From a bacterium (lineage in GTDB: Bacteria > Zixibacteria > MSB-5A5 > GN15 > FEB-12), in assembly GCA_043811375.1 (NCBI GenBank), contig JBDRNJ010000019.1, positions 39,755 to 103,754 on the forward strand: 64,000 nucleotides of DNA. The letters run 5' to 3'. The notes under the pieces were generated by a model. It saw only the letters and a list, made by a program, of their open reading frames with translations. It did not search any database and was not told the origin of the DNA. The position numbers and the translations under genes were made by a program. Of the stretch, positions 49,382 to 59,346 are shown one piece after another; the stretch's first letter is position 1; each line of letters begins with the position of its first letter.

Positions 49382-49410
49382 AACATAAATCGCCGCCTAC
49401 GGCCTGTCAA
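49382..49410 (-). promoter_or_regulatory. Candidate sigma70 promoter, implying a roughly 270-nt 5' UTR for the lipoprotein gene
   Basis: Minus strand TTGACA-N17-TATGTT. Confidence 0.5.
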
Positions 49411-49667
49411 GGTTAAAAAGCGGCCGCACAACGGCTTTATTTGCCTCAGGTCATAGACCTCCTCCCATGATGCGACAGTCACACAGCCACCTCTCTGGTG
49501 GCGACTGAGTCTCTCACATTCTCTAAACTGCGGTCGGACTATAGCTCTGTTTTGACCTTAAAGCAATAAAAAAAGTAGCCTTTTTCGCCAACTTGCCGCG
49601 ATTGCAATCCCACACAGTGCTTGCAGGGAAGGTTTGGACTCGCAGAGACCTGTCGGCCTACCGGATT

Positions 49668-49853
49668 GTCGGAACCACAGGGGGTTCCAACCTACCATTT
49701 TACAAGTCTCAACCCCAAACAAGTTTTTGGTTACCACCCGTCGGAACCACGGGGGGCGACCTGCCAGACTACCAGACTCCGCGTAGCGGCGGGCCTTGTG
49801 TCCGCCGGTAGCAACGCTACTTTTTATTGGTAGGAGACAAGCCCCCACCCTAC
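49668..49853. repeat. Cluster of GTAG-type REP-like palindromes
   Basis: GTCGGAACCAC-x-GGGG...ACCT occurs twice (49668, 49740); GTAG(49783)...CCCTAC(49853) doublet. Confidence 0.65.
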
Positions 49854-49854
49854 G

Positions 49855-49985
49855 GGGCTTGTTGAAAAAGTCCCATTCTCGTCATTGCGAGCGACAGCGT
49901 GGCAATCTCGGATATTGAATGTCAACGAGATAGCCACGTCGCTTCGCTCCTCGCTATGACGTTTGTCAGGTTTATCAACAGGCCC
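49855..49985. mobile_element. 131-bp MITE-like element with 15-bp TIRs, TACG flanking duplication and internal palindrome
   Basis: TACG|GGGCTTGTTGAAAAA ... TTTATCAACAGGCCC|TACG; internal GTCATTGCGAG...CGTGGCAATCTC / GAGATAGCCACG...CTCGCTATGAC. Confidence 0.7.
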
Positions 49986-50158
49986 TACGCGTGATGTAAT
50001 CATCACCTTGTGAGACGGCCTCCACACTATGTAGCACCCGCGCTTTCGAACCGTTACCAGCCCGGTAGATCAAGCCCACTTGGGGCTTGACATTCTTTTT
50101 ATAACACCACAAGTCGGCGTGATCTTACTGGACCTTCGAACCGTTCCCCGGCTGACTG

Positions 50159-51217
50159 TCAGAGGAATCTCTTGATAAGTTTCAGTACTCCCTGATCCCA
50201 GCCGACACGATGGGTGACCCCGGTATTGAGTCCCTGCAACTCGTCTTTATGCTGCAGATACCACTTGTGCGATGAGATCAGAGCGTCCTGGTTGGAGAAT
50301 GTCGCTTTCCAGCCGAGCTTTTCCTCGATCTTACGCGTGGAGACATAGGAATCCTTGTCGGCGGTTCCGTAAATCCACTTGTAGAGCGGTGAAATCCGCA
50401 TGAACTCAAATATCGCCAGCGCCCCCTTGGCCAGTTTGGCCGGGGTCGGCAGCACCCTGGCGCCGCTGCCGGCGAACTCACACAGCGCACCGACGTCGGT
50501 CTTGACTTTCTCGAAATGCTGCGCCCCGATGTTAAAGGTGTCATTGGCCACTTCCGGCTCCGCCATCGCCAGCAGCGCGATACCCTCCACCAGGTCGGTT
50601 ACTTCCAGGAGTTGATAAAGGTTTTCGCCGTTGCCGATGATCGGTATCCGCTTGCCGCAATCGACCCAGTCGTACAGAATCTGAAACACCCCCAGCCGGG
50701 CAGTGCCGATAAAGGTCTTGGGCCGCAGCACCGGCACGCACATCCCCTGCCTCCGGAACTCCTCGCAAATCTTCTCGCCCTCGATCTTGGTCTCGCCATA
50801 GGCACCGACCCCTACCAGCGGGTCTTCCTCGACCAGCGGGTGCTTGTCGGGCACCCCGTAGACGGCGGTGGAACCGATAAAAATCAGCCGTTCGACACCG
50901 CACTTGAGCGCCTGCGTCAGGGTGTTGCGCAGACCGGAGATGTTGGTGGAGTAAATCTCGCTTTTGGGCCACAGTGGCAGAGCCGCCGCGCAATGGATAA
51001 TGGTGTCGATCTTGTTGTCACCGATAAGGGCGTTCATGCCGTCAGCATCACGGACGTCAATCATCGCCAGCAGGGCATCGTCCGGGTAATCCTCTTTGGG
51101 GAAAGGGGCAATATCATTGAGGGCCATAAAGGCCACACCCCGACCGGGCAGAGACTGGGCCAGGTGATACCCCAGATAGCCGGCACCGCCGGTAATAAGT
51201 ACGCGTTTGTCCTTCAT
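50159..51217 (-). CDS. NAD-dependent epimerase/dehydratase (extended SDR)
   Basis: ITGGAGYLG, STAVYG, YGETK catalytic motif. Confidence 0.9.
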   Translation of the reverse strand: MKDKRVLITGGAGYLGYHLAQSLPGRGVAFMALNDIAPFPKEDYPDDALLAMIDVRDADGMNALIGDNKIDTIIHCAAALPLWPKSEIYSTNISGLRNTLTQALKCGVERLIFIGSTAVYGVPDKHPLVEEDPLVGVGAYGETKIEGEKICEEFRRQGMCVPVLRPKTFIGTARLGVFQILYDWVDCGKRIPIIGNGENLYQLLEVTDLVEGIALLAMAEPEVANDTFNIGAQHFEKVKTDVGALCEFAGSGARVLPTPAKLAKGALAIFEFMRISPLYKWIYGTADKDSYVSTRKIEEKLGWKATFSNQDALISSHKWYLQHKDELQGLNTGVTHRVGWDQGVLKLIKRFL

Positions 51218-51565
51218 AATCCTGCCATCAATACGGTTAGGCCGCCCGATCAGTACCGGGTCGACAATTGTACACTACTCAATGGATGCCAATATAGCCC
51301 TTTCATAAAGGGAAGCAAGAGTATTGGTCGTGTCGATTCCGTTCCGGCGAGCCGGGCATCCGGCAGGTGCAAAACCCACTGCCGGTGAGCACCATACAGA
51401 TTTAGAATCATGATAAGCTCCAATTTTGAGTTTTAATGGTGCGATCTTCAAAAACTTGCTGACCCAGACCGTCACCCGATAGATATTCCCTATAGGTCTA
51501 AAAAAAGGAATGCTGATTCCCGTAGACTATTGTTTAGCATTTATTTTAAGTAAGGAGGAAGTTGC

Positions 51566-53263
51566 ATGTTTGCATCCAAATATCTTCGCCTAATGGTCTT
51601 AGTTCTTGTTCTCCTGCCCCTGATGAGTAATGCCAAAGAAGTGATGTCATTGAATCCTTTATTCACTGAGAAGGATGTGGTGGTTGAGCCGATGATTGAA
51701 GGCACGTGGTATGATGAGTCAGGCAGCACCATCGTTTTCTCTCATGTGGGAGACAATTTCTATCACCTGGTTTTTACCTTTGACGGCTCCCCCCTCGAAT
51801 ATGAGGCAGTTCTGATCCGGATCGCCGGCCGATTAATTTGTGACATCTTTCCACAAGTATCAGATGGGGAAGCCGCTTCTCACCCTGGATCTCATATCCG
51901 GCTTCACACGTTCTATGATATTTCGGTTCGCGATGATACTATGCGGGCCGCCCCGGTTAGTTATGAATGGTACCGTGATATGGCGGTCAAAGAGAGCTCG
52001 ATTCTGCAATATTCATGGATAAAAGAGGGTTTGCTGCTCACGGGCTCGACTGAAGTTATACGTGAGATGTTCTTCAACCATTGCAACGATGAAGGTTTTT
52101 TTGGAAAACCAGATGTTTACGAACAGCGTGAGTCGGATAACGAAACGTCATCCTCAAATGAAAATGTGGATTTGACTGTACGCACCAATAATGGTGTAGA
52201 AGATCTTGCACTTTATAATTTTGCGGCCACCTATCCCGGGTGTGAACCGGGCTTTCCCTACTCCGATGGCTGGCTGGGTGGCGACGCGGCTCTTTCCATA
52301 CCAATTTCACGCACACAAAACCTCTGGGTTTTCTCAGATACGTTCGTCGGAATGAAAGATCAGCGCATACGCAAGGGCTCTCATATAGTGACGAACACGA
52401 TAGCGATATCTACCTGCGATGAGGAACAAGGGTGGCAGATAGAGTACTATTGGGGTGATATGTACACCCAGAACCCAAAACCTTTCTTTGAGTCATATAC
52501 AGATAGATACAAATACTGGCCGCGCGAAGTTTTTGCCTATCAAGATGATTTTTATGTCGCCTTGAGTAAGGTAGGCCCGAAACTGGATGCGGCCCCGGAC
52601 GACATATTCTCTTTCTCACATATCGGCTCTTCCCTTGCGAAAATCTCGAATTTCAGAACGGCTTCCCCGGACGAATGGATAATTGAGTTAATACCATGGT
52701 CGGCAGTTATCGAGTCTGATAATTGGAGCTTCCTTGCCAAACATGAGGATCACCTCTATATCTTCTTTCGACACCCCGAAGGAGCTACTTTCCTCTTACG
52801 CGTACCCCTGGCATCGCTTGCCGAACCTGAGGAACAAATGGAATACCTGGCGACCGACATGTCCTGGCAGCACGGCTTTGACCCGGCGCGGTCACGGGCG
52901 GTAATGAAGGAAGCGACATTCGGAGGCGGCAGTCTTCACTACCATGAGGACCTGCATCAATGGGTCGCGGTTTACGGCCCCCGATTCCTGGATAACAGAA
53001 TTTTTATGCTCACAGCCCCTGATATTATTGGTCCCTGGTCTGAGGAGATTGTTATTTACGCACCTCCGGAACTGATACCTGATAATGCCGGGTTCGATGA
53101 GAGTTACTTCTGTTATGCGGCAAGAGAACACATTCAGTTTTATGACAAGAAGACTAAGAGACTTCTAATTACCTATGACTGCAACTCAAGTGAGTTCGGC
53201 CTGTTACTTTCGAATATGGAGATTTACTATCCGCGGGTGATATCAATTCCTGTTCCAAAGTGA
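51566..53263 (+). CDS. Secreted two-domain protein, C-terminal DUF4185-like beta-propeller
   Basis: AGGAGG RBS, signal peptide; GWLGGDAALS, WVFSDTFVG, GPWS, YAAREH. Confidence 0.65.
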   Translation: MFASKYLRLMVLVLVLLPLMSNAKEVMSLNPLFTEKDVVVEPMIEGTWYDESGSTIVFSHVGDNFYHLVFTFDGSPLEYEAVLIRIAGRLICDIFPQVSDGEAASHPGSHIRLHTFYDISVRDDTMRAAPVSYEWYRDMAVKESSILQYSWIKEGLLLTGSTEVIREMFFNHCNDEGFFGKPDVYEQRESDNETSSSNENVDLTVRTNNGVEDLALYNFAATYPGCEPGFPYSDGWLGGDAALSIPISRTQNLWVFSDTFVGMKDQRIRKGSHIVTNTIAISTCDEEQGWQIEYYWGDMYTQNPKPFFESYTDRYKYWPREVFAYQDDFYVALSKVGPKLDAAPDDIFSFSHIGSSLAKISNFRTASPDEWIIELIPWSAVIESDNWSFLAKHEDHLYIFFRHPEGATFLLRVPLASLAEPEEQMEYLATDMSWQHGFDPARSRAVMKEATFGGGSLHYHEDLHQWVAVYGPRFLDNRIFMLTAPDIIGPWSEEIVIYAPPELIPDNAGFDESYFCYAAREHIQFYDKKTKRLLITYDCNSSEFGLLLSNMEIYYPRVISIPVPK

Positions 53264-53350
53264 TCTTATCGTGCCTGAATGCAGGTAACGCAGCGGTCAT
53301 TGTTAAGTGCGTAGACGCTCCAACAGACGCAGTAAGCTCAGAACCCGTCC

Positions 53351-53437
53351 GGTGGCCCACCATTTTATGGTGGGGGACAAGCGTTTCCTCTCTGCTCGGT
53401 CTAAACCATGAAGAAACCCACTAAAAGATGGGCCACC
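53351..53437. repeat. GGTGGCCC...GGGCCACC-ended palindromic repeat, copy 1
   Basis: Aligns along its length with the reverse complement of 56199-56284; partial copies at 57486-57526, 59429-59453, 60389-60408. Confidence 0.8.
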
Positions 53438-53448
53438 CCGGCCCTGAA

Positions 53449-55152
53449 TCAGACGTCTTCTTCTTCGCTTCGACTGCGAATCTGGGAACAGTGTGTGACA
53501 ATCCGCTGCGGGTCTACCTGATGCCTGCTCAGTAAGTGGGAAGTGATCTCCACGGCAGCTTCTCGCTCAGCCGGAACAACATCGTCAGCACCGGCGTCAA
53601 TGAGGGACTCAATATCGAGCAGGTAATAAGTGCGAACTATAATGGACAGGTCAGGGGCAAACCTTCGGGCAACCTTTACGGCCTGCTCCGTTGCACTAGG
53701 ATCATTGATCAGGAGCACGAACTCCCTGGCGTAGGCGGCCCCTAATCTCCTCAGCACTTCGTGACTGGTGACATCGCCGAAAAATGCGTTACCGGCTTCC
53801 AGGGTTGCTTTTCTCACGTTTTCCACGTTCAGGTCCACAATAACATAAGGGATTTCGCACTTGTTAAGAGCCTGGGCAAGTTCCCGACCGGCGAAACCAT
53901 AACCACCAATGATTACATGGTTGCGCATAGTACGGACGACATCAGTTGCTTCCTCGGCGGCGGCTACTTCGAGAAGGTGTGTTAGTCGACGTAATTTACC
54001 CACTCCCGCTGCAAGTTTAGGGCCGAACGACATGCCGAAGGGAGTCAGGAACATGGAAAGAATCGTCGCCGATATAATACTGTTTTCAAGTGATTTTTCA
54101 ATCAAACCAGTTCCTTGAACGGCAAATAACAGGACTAAAGAGAACTCCCCCACCTGCGCCAGCGCAACCGCCGCCAGCAGGCATACTCTTAAAGGCAGAC
54201 GCAGGATCAAAGCGGTAATAAAGACAATTGTGGACTTTCCCACCAGGATTGCCGCCAGGAGGATCAGGATCGGAATAATGTTCTCGATGATAATCGATGG
54301 GGCCAGCAACATGCCGACCGACACAAAGAACAAACTGGCAAACACCTCCCGAAACGATATCAAGTCCGCCAGTGCCTGATGTCTATATTCGCTTCCGGAA
54401 ACTACTAATCCCGCCAGGAAAGCACCAATTGCAAGAGAAGCACCGGAGCTTGTTATGAGCCACGCCGTCCCGATGCAGATGAGAAAAATTGCCAGGATGA
54501 ATAGCTGTCTTTGTCGAGTCTTGGCGATGAAATATAACAATCGTGGAACAATCATGCGCGCCGCCAGTAGTACTCCCAGGACAATGGCGACAGATTGCAA
54601 CAGAGTACTTAGAAGTTCCCCGGTGGGAATATCCGCTCCGCTCAATAGAGGGATAGCCAACATCATGGGAACAACGCTGAAATCCTGAAAGACGAGTATT
54701 CCCAACGTCAGGCGTCCGTGGGGAGCGTCAACCTCGCCTCGTTGTTGTAATCCCCTGAGGACTATAGCGGTACTCGATAAAGCTATAAGAAAACCTATGA
54801 ATAGAGCAGAGTTGTTCGGTAAGCCACAGAACTTGGAAACAGCGAATGCGGCTAGAACGCTCAGTCCGACCTGGAGAAAACCCCCGGTTAAAATCAGTTT
54901 CCAGAGGCGCCGGAGTTTCTCCAGCGAAAGCTCCAGTCCGATTCCAAACAGAAGCAGCGCAACTCCGACCTCGGCCAGAACTTCAACCTGATGAACGTCG
55001 TTAATAAGTCCCAGACCTTGTGGTCCGACAATTATTCCGGCTAAAATGAAGCCCGCGATGGACGGCAATTTTAACCTGTGGAATACTGTTACGATGAGTA
55101 CCCCAAAGCCGAGAATCACGACCAGGTCACGAAGGTATGTTAGTTCTTCCAT
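53449..55152 (-). CDS. CPA2 cation/H+ antiporter with TrkA-N (KTN) domain, KefC-like
   Basis: GIIVGP, AEVGVALLLFGIGLE, LSSTAIV, LVFQD, LAQVGEFS, IIGGYGFAG. Confidence 0.9.
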   Translation of the reverse strand: MEELTYLRDLVVILGFGVLIVTVFHRLKLPSIAGFILAGIIVGPQGLGLINDVHQVEVLAEVGVALLLFGIGLELSLEKLRRLWKLILTGGFLQVGLSVLAAFAVSKFCGLPNNSALFIGFLIALSSTAIVLRGLQQRGEVDAPHGRLTLGILVFQDFSVVPMMLAIPLLSGADIPTGELLSTLLQSVAIVLGVLLAARMIVPRLLYFIAKTRQRQLFILAIFLICIGTAWLITSSGASLAIGAFLAGLVVSGSEYRHQALADLISFREVFASLFFVSVGMLLAPSIIIENIIPILILLAAILVGKSTIVFITALILRLPLRVCLLAAVALAQVGEFSLVLLFAVQGTGLIEKSLENSIISATILSMFLTPFGMSFGPKLAAGVGKLRRLTHLLEVAAAEEATDVVRTMRNHVIIGGYGFAGRELAQALNKCEIPYVIVDLNVENVRKATLEAGNAFFGDVTSHEVLRRLGAAYAREFVLLINDPSATEQAVKVARRFAPDLSIIVRTYYLLDIESLIDAGADDVVPAEREAAVEITSHLLSRHQVDPQRIVTHCSQIRSRSEEEDV

Positions 55153-55260
55153 ATTTCCCAACCGATAAGGCACATATTAACTTCGACACTGGTATCAAAA
55201 TAATATGCGGTTTGACTCGAATACAAACTTAAACAACGTAATAATTATTGGCACGGTCAG

Positions 55261-55398
55261 GACGGGTGGCGTGTTCCACTTTCAAATCCGTCCCCCGCTT
55301 ACAAATTTTAGAAACCGGCTTTCACCGATTTCTAAATTCGGTGGCGGGTGCGGATTTGAAAGTAGAACATGCCGAGCATGCGACCTTCGGGTTATGAG
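55261..55398. pseudogene. Two inverted tRNA-fMet-derived 3' fragments forming a long hairpin
   Basis: Plus strand GACGG-[15 nt]-TTCAAATCCGTCCCCCGCT; minus strand CTCATAACCCGAAGGTCG-[20 nt]-TTCAAATCCGCACCCGCCACC. Confidence 0.6.
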
Positions 55399-55708
55399 TC
55401 TGTTCGATACTCCGAACAACAGAAGGCACCAGACACTAATCTGTAGTAATAACAAAGACTTATGGGAGACAAAGTGTCCGGTGTTTTCTCTTATTATCTG
55501 TTGTTTTGGCTAATTCTGTTAGAAAAATGTTAGAAAGAGGTGTATGTCAACATGGACCTATATAATCTGATACACTGTTGGCGAGCAAAGTTTCGAATCT
55601 GTCAAATTGGAACTTGCGGCATTGTAGTAAAAGCCAGTATAATTTATAATTAGCTCATCAAAGATTCAATATCGAACAACGTGTTTGGAGGAAAAGAAAG
55701 GAGTATCT

Positions 55709-56170
55709 ATGGGAATGATGAAGGAATTCAAAGAGTTTGCCGTTAAAGGCAACGTCATGGACATGGCCGTTGGTATTATCATTGGTGCTGCATTCGGGAC
55801 AATTGTCAAGTCCTTCGTGGCCGACGTCATTATGCCACCGATTGGCCTGTTACTCGGCAATGTCGATTTCTCGAATCTGTTCATGATTCTGAAAGACGGC
55901 GCGCAGGGACTGGGTTCATATGCCACTCTAACCGATGCGCAGGCAGCCGGAGCGGTGACACTCAACTATGGTCAGTTCATTAACACGATTATCAGCTTCA
56001 TGATCATCGCGTTTGCGATTTTCTTAGTAATTAAGAACATGAACAAAATGAAAAGGGAAGAGCCGGCACCGGCCGCAGAGCCGACAACGAAGGACTGTCC
56101 TTTCTGTCTATCTGCAATTCCAATTAAGGCGGTCCGTTGCCCTAATTGCACTTCCAATATAGAAGGTTAA
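55709..56170 (+). CDS. mscL: Large-conductance mechanosensitive channel with C-terminal CxxC-x10-CxxC zinc-ribbon-like tail
   Basis: [40 protein letters not shown]...CPNC. Confidence 0.95.
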   Translation: MGMMKEFKEFAVKGNVMDMAVGIIIGAAFGTIVKSFVADVIMPPIGLLLGNVDFSNLFMILKDGAQGLGSYATLTDAQAAGAVTLNYGQFINTIISFMIIAFAIFLVIKNMNKMKREEPAPAAEPTTKDCPFCLSAIPIKAVRCPNCTSNIEG

Positions 56171-56198
56171 TGAGCACCGCTTGAGGATTTCCGGGCTG

Positions 56199-56284
56199 GG
56201 TGGCCCATCCGCTTGCGGTGGTTTTCTCTAATGGTTCGGCCCGGGCAGATAGGTAACGCTTGTCCGCCATAAATGGTGGCCACT
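56199..56284. repeat. GGTGGCCC-type palindromic repeat, copy 2 (inverted relative to copy 1)
   Basis: GGTGGCCCATCC...ACGCTTGTCCGCCATAAATGGTGGCCACT. Confidence 0.8.
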
Positions 56285-56314
56285 CGTCCGTCAGATGAGT
56301 TGTTGTAGAAAGAT

Positions 56315-56331
56315 GTTGTATAGTATTATGT
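56315..56331 (+). repeat. 17-bp site GTTGTATAGTATTATGT, exact inverted copy at 60291-60307
   Basis: Direct sequence comparison. Confidence 0.8.
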
Positions 56332-56376
56332 CAGACAGATACTCCATTGGTCTGACATGAAGAAAGCGCGGTCGCC

Positions 56377-56760
56377 ATGAGAGAAGCTGAGTCCCGTATG
56401 CTCGCTGCCTGTGGGCTGGACTGCACTTCGTGCGCGATCCGTAGGTTGCCCTTCGATACTGATGCCGCTGATCGGGTTGTGGCGTGGTTCAAGAAGGAAG
56501 GATGGCTCAAGGATGATGAAGGGTTCACCGAAGTTCTTGAGCAATCGATGTATTGCAAAGGTTGCCACGGCGATCGCTCCGTTCACTGGTCGGCGGACTG
56601 CTGGATACTGAAGTGTTGTGTGGATGACAAAGGTCTAAGGCATTGCTCCGAGTGCGATACGTTTCCTTGTGATCGTCTACTGGAATGGTCAGGGCAGAAC
56701 GCATCGTATGGTCAAGCACTCCAGCGGTTGCGGGAGATGCACGCGGGGCAAGGAACTTGA
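56377..56760 (+). CDS. DUF3795-like Cys-rich protein
   Basis: AACGLDCTSC, CKGC, CWILKCC, HCSECDTFPC. Confidence 0.8.
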   Translation: MREAESRMLAACGLDCTSCAIRRLPFDTDAADRVVAWFKKEGWLKDDEGFTEVLEQSMYCKGCHGDRSVHWSADCWILKCCVDDKGLRHCSECDTFPCDRLLEWSGQNASYGQALQRLREMHAGQGT

Positions 56761-56815
56761 GATCTGAGCGAGGCATTGCTTAACTTGCCGTTAGAGCACA
56801 AGAAAGGAAGTTCTC

Positions 56816-57427
56816 ATGAAGGTATTGGTCGTTTACTACTCGATGTATGGACACGTCTACAAGTTGGCGGAAGCAGCCGCCGAAGGAGCACGGTCGGTAG
56901 AGAATGTGGAAGCAGTGCTGCGCCGGGTTCCTGAAACTCTGCCTGAAAGCGTTTTGGGGAAAATGGGGGCGATTGAGGCGCAAAAGCTCCAGGCCCATGC
57001 ACCGTTTTGCACAGTAGATGAACTGGGAGAAGCCGATGCAATCATCTTTGGGACACCGACTCGCTTCGGCAATATGTGTGGCCAAATGAGACAGTTCCTT
57101 GACGCGACAGGACAACTGTGGATGAAAGGAGCGTTGGTCGGGAAAGTGGGGAGTGTTGTAACAAGCTCAAATACTCAGCACGGGGGACAGGAATCTACGA
57201 TACTGAGTTTCCATATTACATTGTTGCATCACGGCATGGTTGTTGTCGGGTTACCATATGCGTTTCAGGGACAAATGACAATGGACGAGATCAGCGGCTG
57301 TTCGCCGTATGGTGCATCGACAATAGCGGGTGGTGATGGCAGTAGATTCCCGAACAAGAACGAACTGGCGGGAGCACGGTACCAGGGTGAGCATGTCGCG
57401 AAGATCGCAAAGAAACTCACCACGTGA
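56816..57427 (+). CDS. wrbA: NAD(P)H:quinone oxidoreductase WrbA
   Basis: [32 protein letters not shown]. Confidence 0.96.
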   Translation: MKVLVVYYSMYGHVYKLAEAAAEGARSVENVEAVLRRVPETLPESVLGKMGAIEAQKLQAHAPFCTVDELGEADAIIFGTPTRFGNMCGQMRQFLDATGQLWMKGALVGKVGSVVTSSNTQHGGQESTILSFHITLLHHGMVVVGLPYAFQGQMTMDEISGCSPYGASTIAGGDGSRFPNKNELAGARYQGEHVAKIAKKLTT

Positions 57428-57436
57428 TGAAAAAGC

Positions 57437-57483
57437 GCTCTAACAGAGCGCTCCACCTGACCGCATTACGCTACGCTTCATAG
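57437..57483 (+). other. Left half of an integron attC-like site; matching core GTTAGAGC at 56790-56797
   Basis: GCTCTAAC-AGAGC-GCTCCACCTGACCGC 9 bp after the wrbA stop; GCTCTAAC is the exact reverse complement of GTTAGAGC upstream of wrbA. Confidence 0.65.
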
Positions 57484-57540
57484 GCTGGGCCACCCGATCA
57501 TCCGACTTAAGGGTGAGCCACCCAGCGTAATTACAACAGA

Positions 57541-58872
57541 CTAATCGGCGGTGACATTAACCAGTTCTTCCCAGCTGCTGGTGTAGCGCGGGCTGCAATT
57601 TTTGCATCTCCCCCGCCACGGCTGCGTGGAACCCTGGACGGCGTATCTCAGAGCTCCCGAACCTATTCTGTCGTTCACCGAATCAACCGTTGCCATCAGC
57701 TTTTTATTGCGCCCGGCATCACCGTCACCAAACAGAGTCGCCTGCACCTGGCCGGCCGGGATGAGATCATCGAGCATCACCCCGGCTTTCTTGTATCGGA
57801 AACCCTGCCTGAAAATCTTCTCCATCCCCCGCCCGGCGTGGTGAAGCAACTCGGCGGTGTTGTTGGTTGCTCTCGGCAGATGGATAGCAATCGAGTTATT
57901 ATACTGTCCGTCACTTTTGCTGTAAGGGTTGGTCGTTAAAAAGACGGTCAGCAGCCGTGCCGCCAGGTTCTGTTTTCTAAGCTTGGTTGCGGCGTTGGTG
58001 ATATAGGCCGCCACGGCTTCCTGCAATTCTTCAAGTGACTCGATTTGTCGCCCGAATGAACGCGATGATATGATCCCTTTGCGTGGCGGCGGGCAGGTTT
58101 CAAGTGAGAGGCAGGATATTCCCCGTAGTTCATAGACCAGGCGTAAACCGACCACCCCCATCCGTTTGCGAATTACTCTGTCATCAATATCCCGCAATTG
58201 CCGGGCGTTGTCGATGCCCCGGCCAACCAGCCATTTCGTTGATCGTCGGCCTATTCCCCAGACATCCCCGACATGAACTTTTTCCAACACCCGGGTCATA
58301 TATGGTGAGTCGACAAGATCAAGCACCCCGTTGGCTTTGACTGATCTCTTGGCCAGCCGATTGGCTATTTTTGCCAACGTCTTGGTGCGGGCAATACCGA
58401 TCGATACCGGAATACCGGTCCATCGTATCACCGTGGCACGAATGGTGCGAGCGTATTCGGTCAGGTTGTCATGCCCGTGCAGACGGTCGCAGCCGTTCAA
58501 GTCGAGGAACGCCTCGTCAATCGAGTAAATCTCCATCTCCGGTGTGAACTGCGCCAGCGTGGTCATCACCCGTCCGGACATATTGCCATACAGGGCATAA
58601 TTGGAAGAAAACACGTGGACGTTATGCTTCTCTATAATATCACGACACTTGAAAAACGGTTGTCCCATGCCAATCCCCAGCACTTTGGCCTCACCGGAGC
58701 GCGCCACGATACAACCATCATTGTTGGACAAGACCACCACGGGTCGGCCGTGCAGTCCGGGATTAAACACCCGTTCGCAGGAAGCATAGAAATTATTGCA
58801 ATCCGCGAGGGCTATACAACCGTTGAGAGCCCCGGAGGAATAAATTATCTCCCGGGATGCTGTCGGTTTCAT
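57541..58872 (-). CDS. umuC: Y-family DNA polymerase V subunit UmuC
   Basis: [44 protein letters not shown]. Confidence 0.95.
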   Translation of the reverse strand: MKPTASREIIYSSGALNGCIALADCNNFYASCERVFNPGLHGRPVVVLSNNDGCIVARSGEAKVLGIGMGQPFFKCRDIIEKHNVHVFSSNYALYGNMSGRVMTTLAQFTPEMEIYSIDEAFLDLNGCDRLHGHDNLTEYARTIRATVIRWTGIPVSIGIARTKTLAKIANRLAKRSVKANGVLDLVDSPYMTRVLEKVHVGDVWGIGRRSTKWLVGRGIDNARQLRDIDDRVIRKRMGVVGLRLVYELRGISCLSLETCPPPRKGIISSRSFGRQIESLEELQEAVAAYITNAATKLRKQNLAARLLTVFLTTNPYSKSDGQYNNSIAIHLPRATNNTAELLHHAGRGMEKIFRQGFRYKKAGVMLDDLIPAGQVQATLFGDGDAGRNKKLMATVDSVNDRIGSGALRYAVQGSTQPWRGRCKNCSPRYTSSWEELVNVTAD

Positions 58873-58908
58873 AACCACTTACCCGGATGCTCCCGATACC
58901 GGCAGTCA

Positions 58909-59346
58909 TTACAACGGATGGATAACATTGGTCACGACACCCCAGATTTCACAGTCGGTCTCGTTTTCGATAAGAATCGGTTTATGCTCGTCATTTTCCG
59001 GCATCAACACCAGCCGGTCATTTTGCCGGCACAGCCGCTTGACCGTCAACTCTCCATTGACCGCCGCTATGACCACCTTGTGGTCTGCCGGTTCCAGGGC
59101 GCGATCAACAATCAGCATATCCCCGGAATGAATCCCGGCGCCGATCATCGAGTCCCCGGTTACTCGCACAAAAAAAGTCGCCGCCGGGTGTCGAATGAGA
59201 TGCTTATTCAGATCAAGTGGCCCCTCAAGATAATCATCCGCCGGCGACGGAAACCCGGCGGCCACCCGTTCGCTGAACAGGGGTATCCGCACCGAAGACA
59301 GCTTCTTTTCAGACAACACCTTTGAAAGTATTGCTACTTTGGTCAT
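58909..59346 (-). CDS. umuD: DNA polymerase V subunit UmuD (S24 peptidase)
   Basis: VAAGFPSPADDY, GDSM, TVKRL, IWGVV. Confidence 0.95.
   Translation of the reverse strand: MTKVAILSKVLSEKKLSSVRIPLFSERVAAGFPSPADDYLEGPLDLNKHLIRHPAATFFVRVTGDSMIGAGIHSGDMLIVDRALEPADHKVVIAAVNGELTVKRLCRQNDRLVLMPENDEHKPILIENETDCEIWGVVTNVIHPL

Noticed and set aside
53278..53330. attC right-arm-like sequence (GCAGGTAA...GTTAAGT) after the DUF4185-like gene
   Set aside because: No complementary left arm or RYYYAAC core at the expected spacing.
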